A DNA stretch of 64,000 bases from the human T2T-CHM13v2.0 reference genome, Homo sapiens. The stretch lies in NCBI RefSeq assembly GCF_009914755.1, contig NC_060929.1; one strand, given 5' to 3'. Shown here piece after piece: positions 61,901-64,000 of the stretch (its first letter is position 1; the number at the start of each line of letters is the position of its first letter). The notes beneath the pieces were generated by a model that made no database searches, was not told the DNA's origin, and saw only the letters and a program-made list of their open reading frames with translations. A program made the translations under genes and the position numbers.

Positions 61901-64000
61901 AGACAGAAGAATTCCCAGTAACTTCCTTGTGTTGTGTGTGTTCAACTCACAGAGTTGAACTTTCATTTACACAGAGCAGATTTGAAACACTCTTTTTGTG
62001 GAATTTGCAAGTGGAGATTTCAAGCGCTTTGAGGCCAAAGGCAGAAAAGCAAATATCTTCGTATAAAAACTAGACAGAATCATTCTCAGAAACTGCTCTG
62101 CGATGTGTGCGTTCAACTCTCAGAGTTTAACTTTTCTTTTCATTCAGCAGTTTGGAAACACTCTGTTTGTAAAGTCTGCACGTGGATAATTTGACCACTT
62201 AGAGGCCTTCGTTGGAAACGGGATTTTTTCATGTAAGGCTAGACAGAAGAATTCTCAGTAACTTCCTTGTGTTGTGTGTATTCAACTCACAGAGTTGAAC
62301 GATCCTTTACACAGAGCAGACTTGTAACACTCTTTTTGTGGAATTTGCAAGTGGAGATTTCAGCCGCTTTGAAGTCAAAGGTAGAAAAGGAAATATCTTC
62401 CTATAAAAACTAGACAGAATGATTCTCAGAAACTCCTTTGTGATGTGTGCGTTCAACTCACAGAGTTTAACCTTTCTTTTCATAGAGCAGTTAGGAAACA
62501 CTCTGCTTGTAAAGTCTGCATGTGGATATTCAGACCTCTTTGAGGCCTTCGTTGGAAACGGGTTTTTTTCATATAAGGCTAGACAGAAGAATTCCCAGTA
62601 ACTTCCTTGTGTTGTGTGTGTTCAACTCACAGAGTTGAACTTTCATTTACACAGAGCAGATTTGAAACACTCTTTTTGTGGAATTTGCAAGTGGAGATTT
62701 CAAGCGCTTTGAGGCCAAAGGCAGAAAAGGAAATATCTTCGTATAAAAACTAGACAGAATCATTCTCAGAAACTGCTCTGCGATGTGTGCGTTCAACTCT
62801 CAGAGTTTAACTTTTCTTTTCATTCAGCAGTTTGGAAACACTCTGTTTGTAAAGTCTGCACGTGGATATTTTGACCACTTAGAGGCCTTCGTTGGAAACG
62901 GGATTTTTTCCTGTAAGGCTAGACAGAAGAATTCCCAGTAACTTCCTTCCGTTGTGTACATTCAACTCACAGAGTTGAACGTTCCCTTAGACAGAGCAGA
63001 TTTGAAACACTCTTTTTGTGCAATTGGCAAGTGGAGATTTCAAGCGCTTTGAGGTCAATGGCAGAAAAGGAAATATCTTCGTTTCAAAACTAGACAGAAT
63101 CATTCCCACAAACTGCGTTGTGATGTGTTCGTTCAACTCACAGACTTTAACCTTTCTTTTCATAGAGCAGTTAGGAAACAGTCTGTTTGTAAATAATGTA
63201 AGTGGATATTCTGACATCTTGTGGCCTTCGTTGGAAACGGGATTTCTTCATATTCTGCTAGACAGAAGAATTCTCAGAATCTTCCTTGTGTTGTGTGTAT
63301 TCAACTCACAGAGTTGAACGATGGTTTACACAGAGCAGATTTGAAACACTCTTTTGGTGGAATTTGCAAGTGGAGATTTCAGCCGCTTTGAGGTCAATGG
63401 TAGAAAAGGAAATATCTTCGTATAAAACTAGACAGAATGATTCTCAGAAACTTCTTTGTGATGTGTGCGTTCAACTCACAGAGTTTAACCTTTCTTTTCA
63501 TAGAGCAGTTAGGAAACACTCTGTTTGTAAACTCTGCAAGTGGATATTCAGACGTCTTTGAGGCCTTCGTTGGAAACGGGATTTCTTCATACTGTGCTAG
63601 ACAGAAGAATTCTCAGTAACTTCCTTGTGTTGTGTGTATTCAACTCACAGAGTTGAACGATCCTTTACACAGAGCGGACTTGAAACACTCTTTTTGTGGA
63701 ATTTGCAAGTGGAGATTTCAGCCGCGTTGAGGTCAATGGTAGAAAAGGAAATATCTTCGTATAAAAACTAGACAGAATGATTCTCAGAAACTCCTTTGTG
63801 ATGTGTGCGTTCAACTCACAGAGTTTAACCTTTCTTTTCATAGAGCAGTTAAAAACACTCTGTTTGTAAAGTCTGCAAGTGGATATTCAGACCTCTTTGA
63901 GGCCTTCATTGGAAACGGGTTTTTTTCATATAAGGCTAGACAGAAGAATTCCCAGTAACTTCCTTGTGTTGTGTGTGTTCAACTCACAGAGTTGAACTTT
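58913..64000 (+). repeat. Run of closely related 12-mers sharing one derived haplotype (third copy truncated by the window edge)
   Basis: GACGTCTT, AGCGGAC, TTAAAAAC (1-bp shorter) and the CTTCATTGG dead box occur in all three units (boxes at 59830, 61867, 63904). Confidence 0.85.

Larger units (their letters stand above)
1..64000 (+). repeat. Alpha-satellite higher-order repeat array, SF1 dimeric (J1/J2) type, ~188 dimers of 340 bp; probably D1Z7/D5Z2/D19Z3 (S1C1/5/19H1L) family
   Basis: Alphoid consensus-like sequence (AATTCTCAGTAACTTCCTTGTGTTGTGTGTATTCAACTCACAGAGTTGAACGATCC) recurs every ~340 bp with a GAATTC site (first at 84-89). A CENP-B box occurs in every second monomer. Copies of the same dimer class are near-identical and all lie in one orientation. 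The alphoid call is certain; the chr1/5/19 subfamily call rests on recall of the family, not an alignment. Confidence 0.98.

Noticed and set aside
142-63619. Over two hundred 60-127 aa ORFs on both strands (MILRNSFVM..., MFPNCSMKR..., MQLASGDF...)
   Set aside because: They recur at the satellite period, overlap on both strands, often rely on GTG/TTG starts, and are freely broken by frameshifts and stops. They are translations of alpha satellite, not genes. I used them only as variant landmarks.
1-64000. CRISPR-like or other repeat-spacer array
   Set aside because: The sequence between conserved motifs is itself repeated. There are no unique spacers, leader or cas genes.
1-64000. LINE/Alu/LTR insertion, inversion or non-alphoid island
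   Set aside because: The 340-bp phase and CENP-B box orientation continue throughout. I saw no poly-A tail, target-site duplication or foreign sequence.
1-64000. Assignment to a specific chromosome or to the CENP-A/hypomethylated kinetochore domain
   Set aside because: Chr1, chr5 and chr19 share this family, and kinetochore position is epigenetic. Neither can be determined without alignment and chromatin data.

Overview
All 64 kb is one uninterrupted, head-to-tail centromeric alpha-satellite array of human type, on the + strand. Alternating monomers of about 169 and 171 bp form a 340-bp dimer. Each dimer carries one CENP-B box and, usually, one EcoRI site. This matches suprachromosomal family 1 (J1/J2), most likely the shared chr1/5/19 live array (D1Z7/D5Z2/D19Z3); I cannot assign the chromosome from sequence alone. 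I read six dimer classes by eye: A (ATTCCCACAAACTGCG, 339 bp), B (CATACTGTGC), C (GCCGCGTTGAG), D (CTGCACGTGGATAAT), E (GACTTGTAAC...CCTATA) and D' (GGATATTTTGACC...CCTGTAAGG...TACATTC). They follow an A-B-C-(D-E)n-D' grammar that gives 8-, 12-, 16- and 20-mer higher-order repeats (HORs), plus hybrid 6- and 10-mers. I see no gene, RNA gene, transposon insertion, inversion or CRISPR array, and all listed ORFs are artefacts of the repeat. I found no new coding system. What is notable is structural history: a ~12.2/13.6-kb tandem macro-duplication with a mappable breakpoint, nested smaller duplications, amplified hybrid monomers, apparent micro-conversion tracts and clonally amplified dead CENP-B boxes. 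All counts and offsets were made by eye or from ORF-track coordinates.
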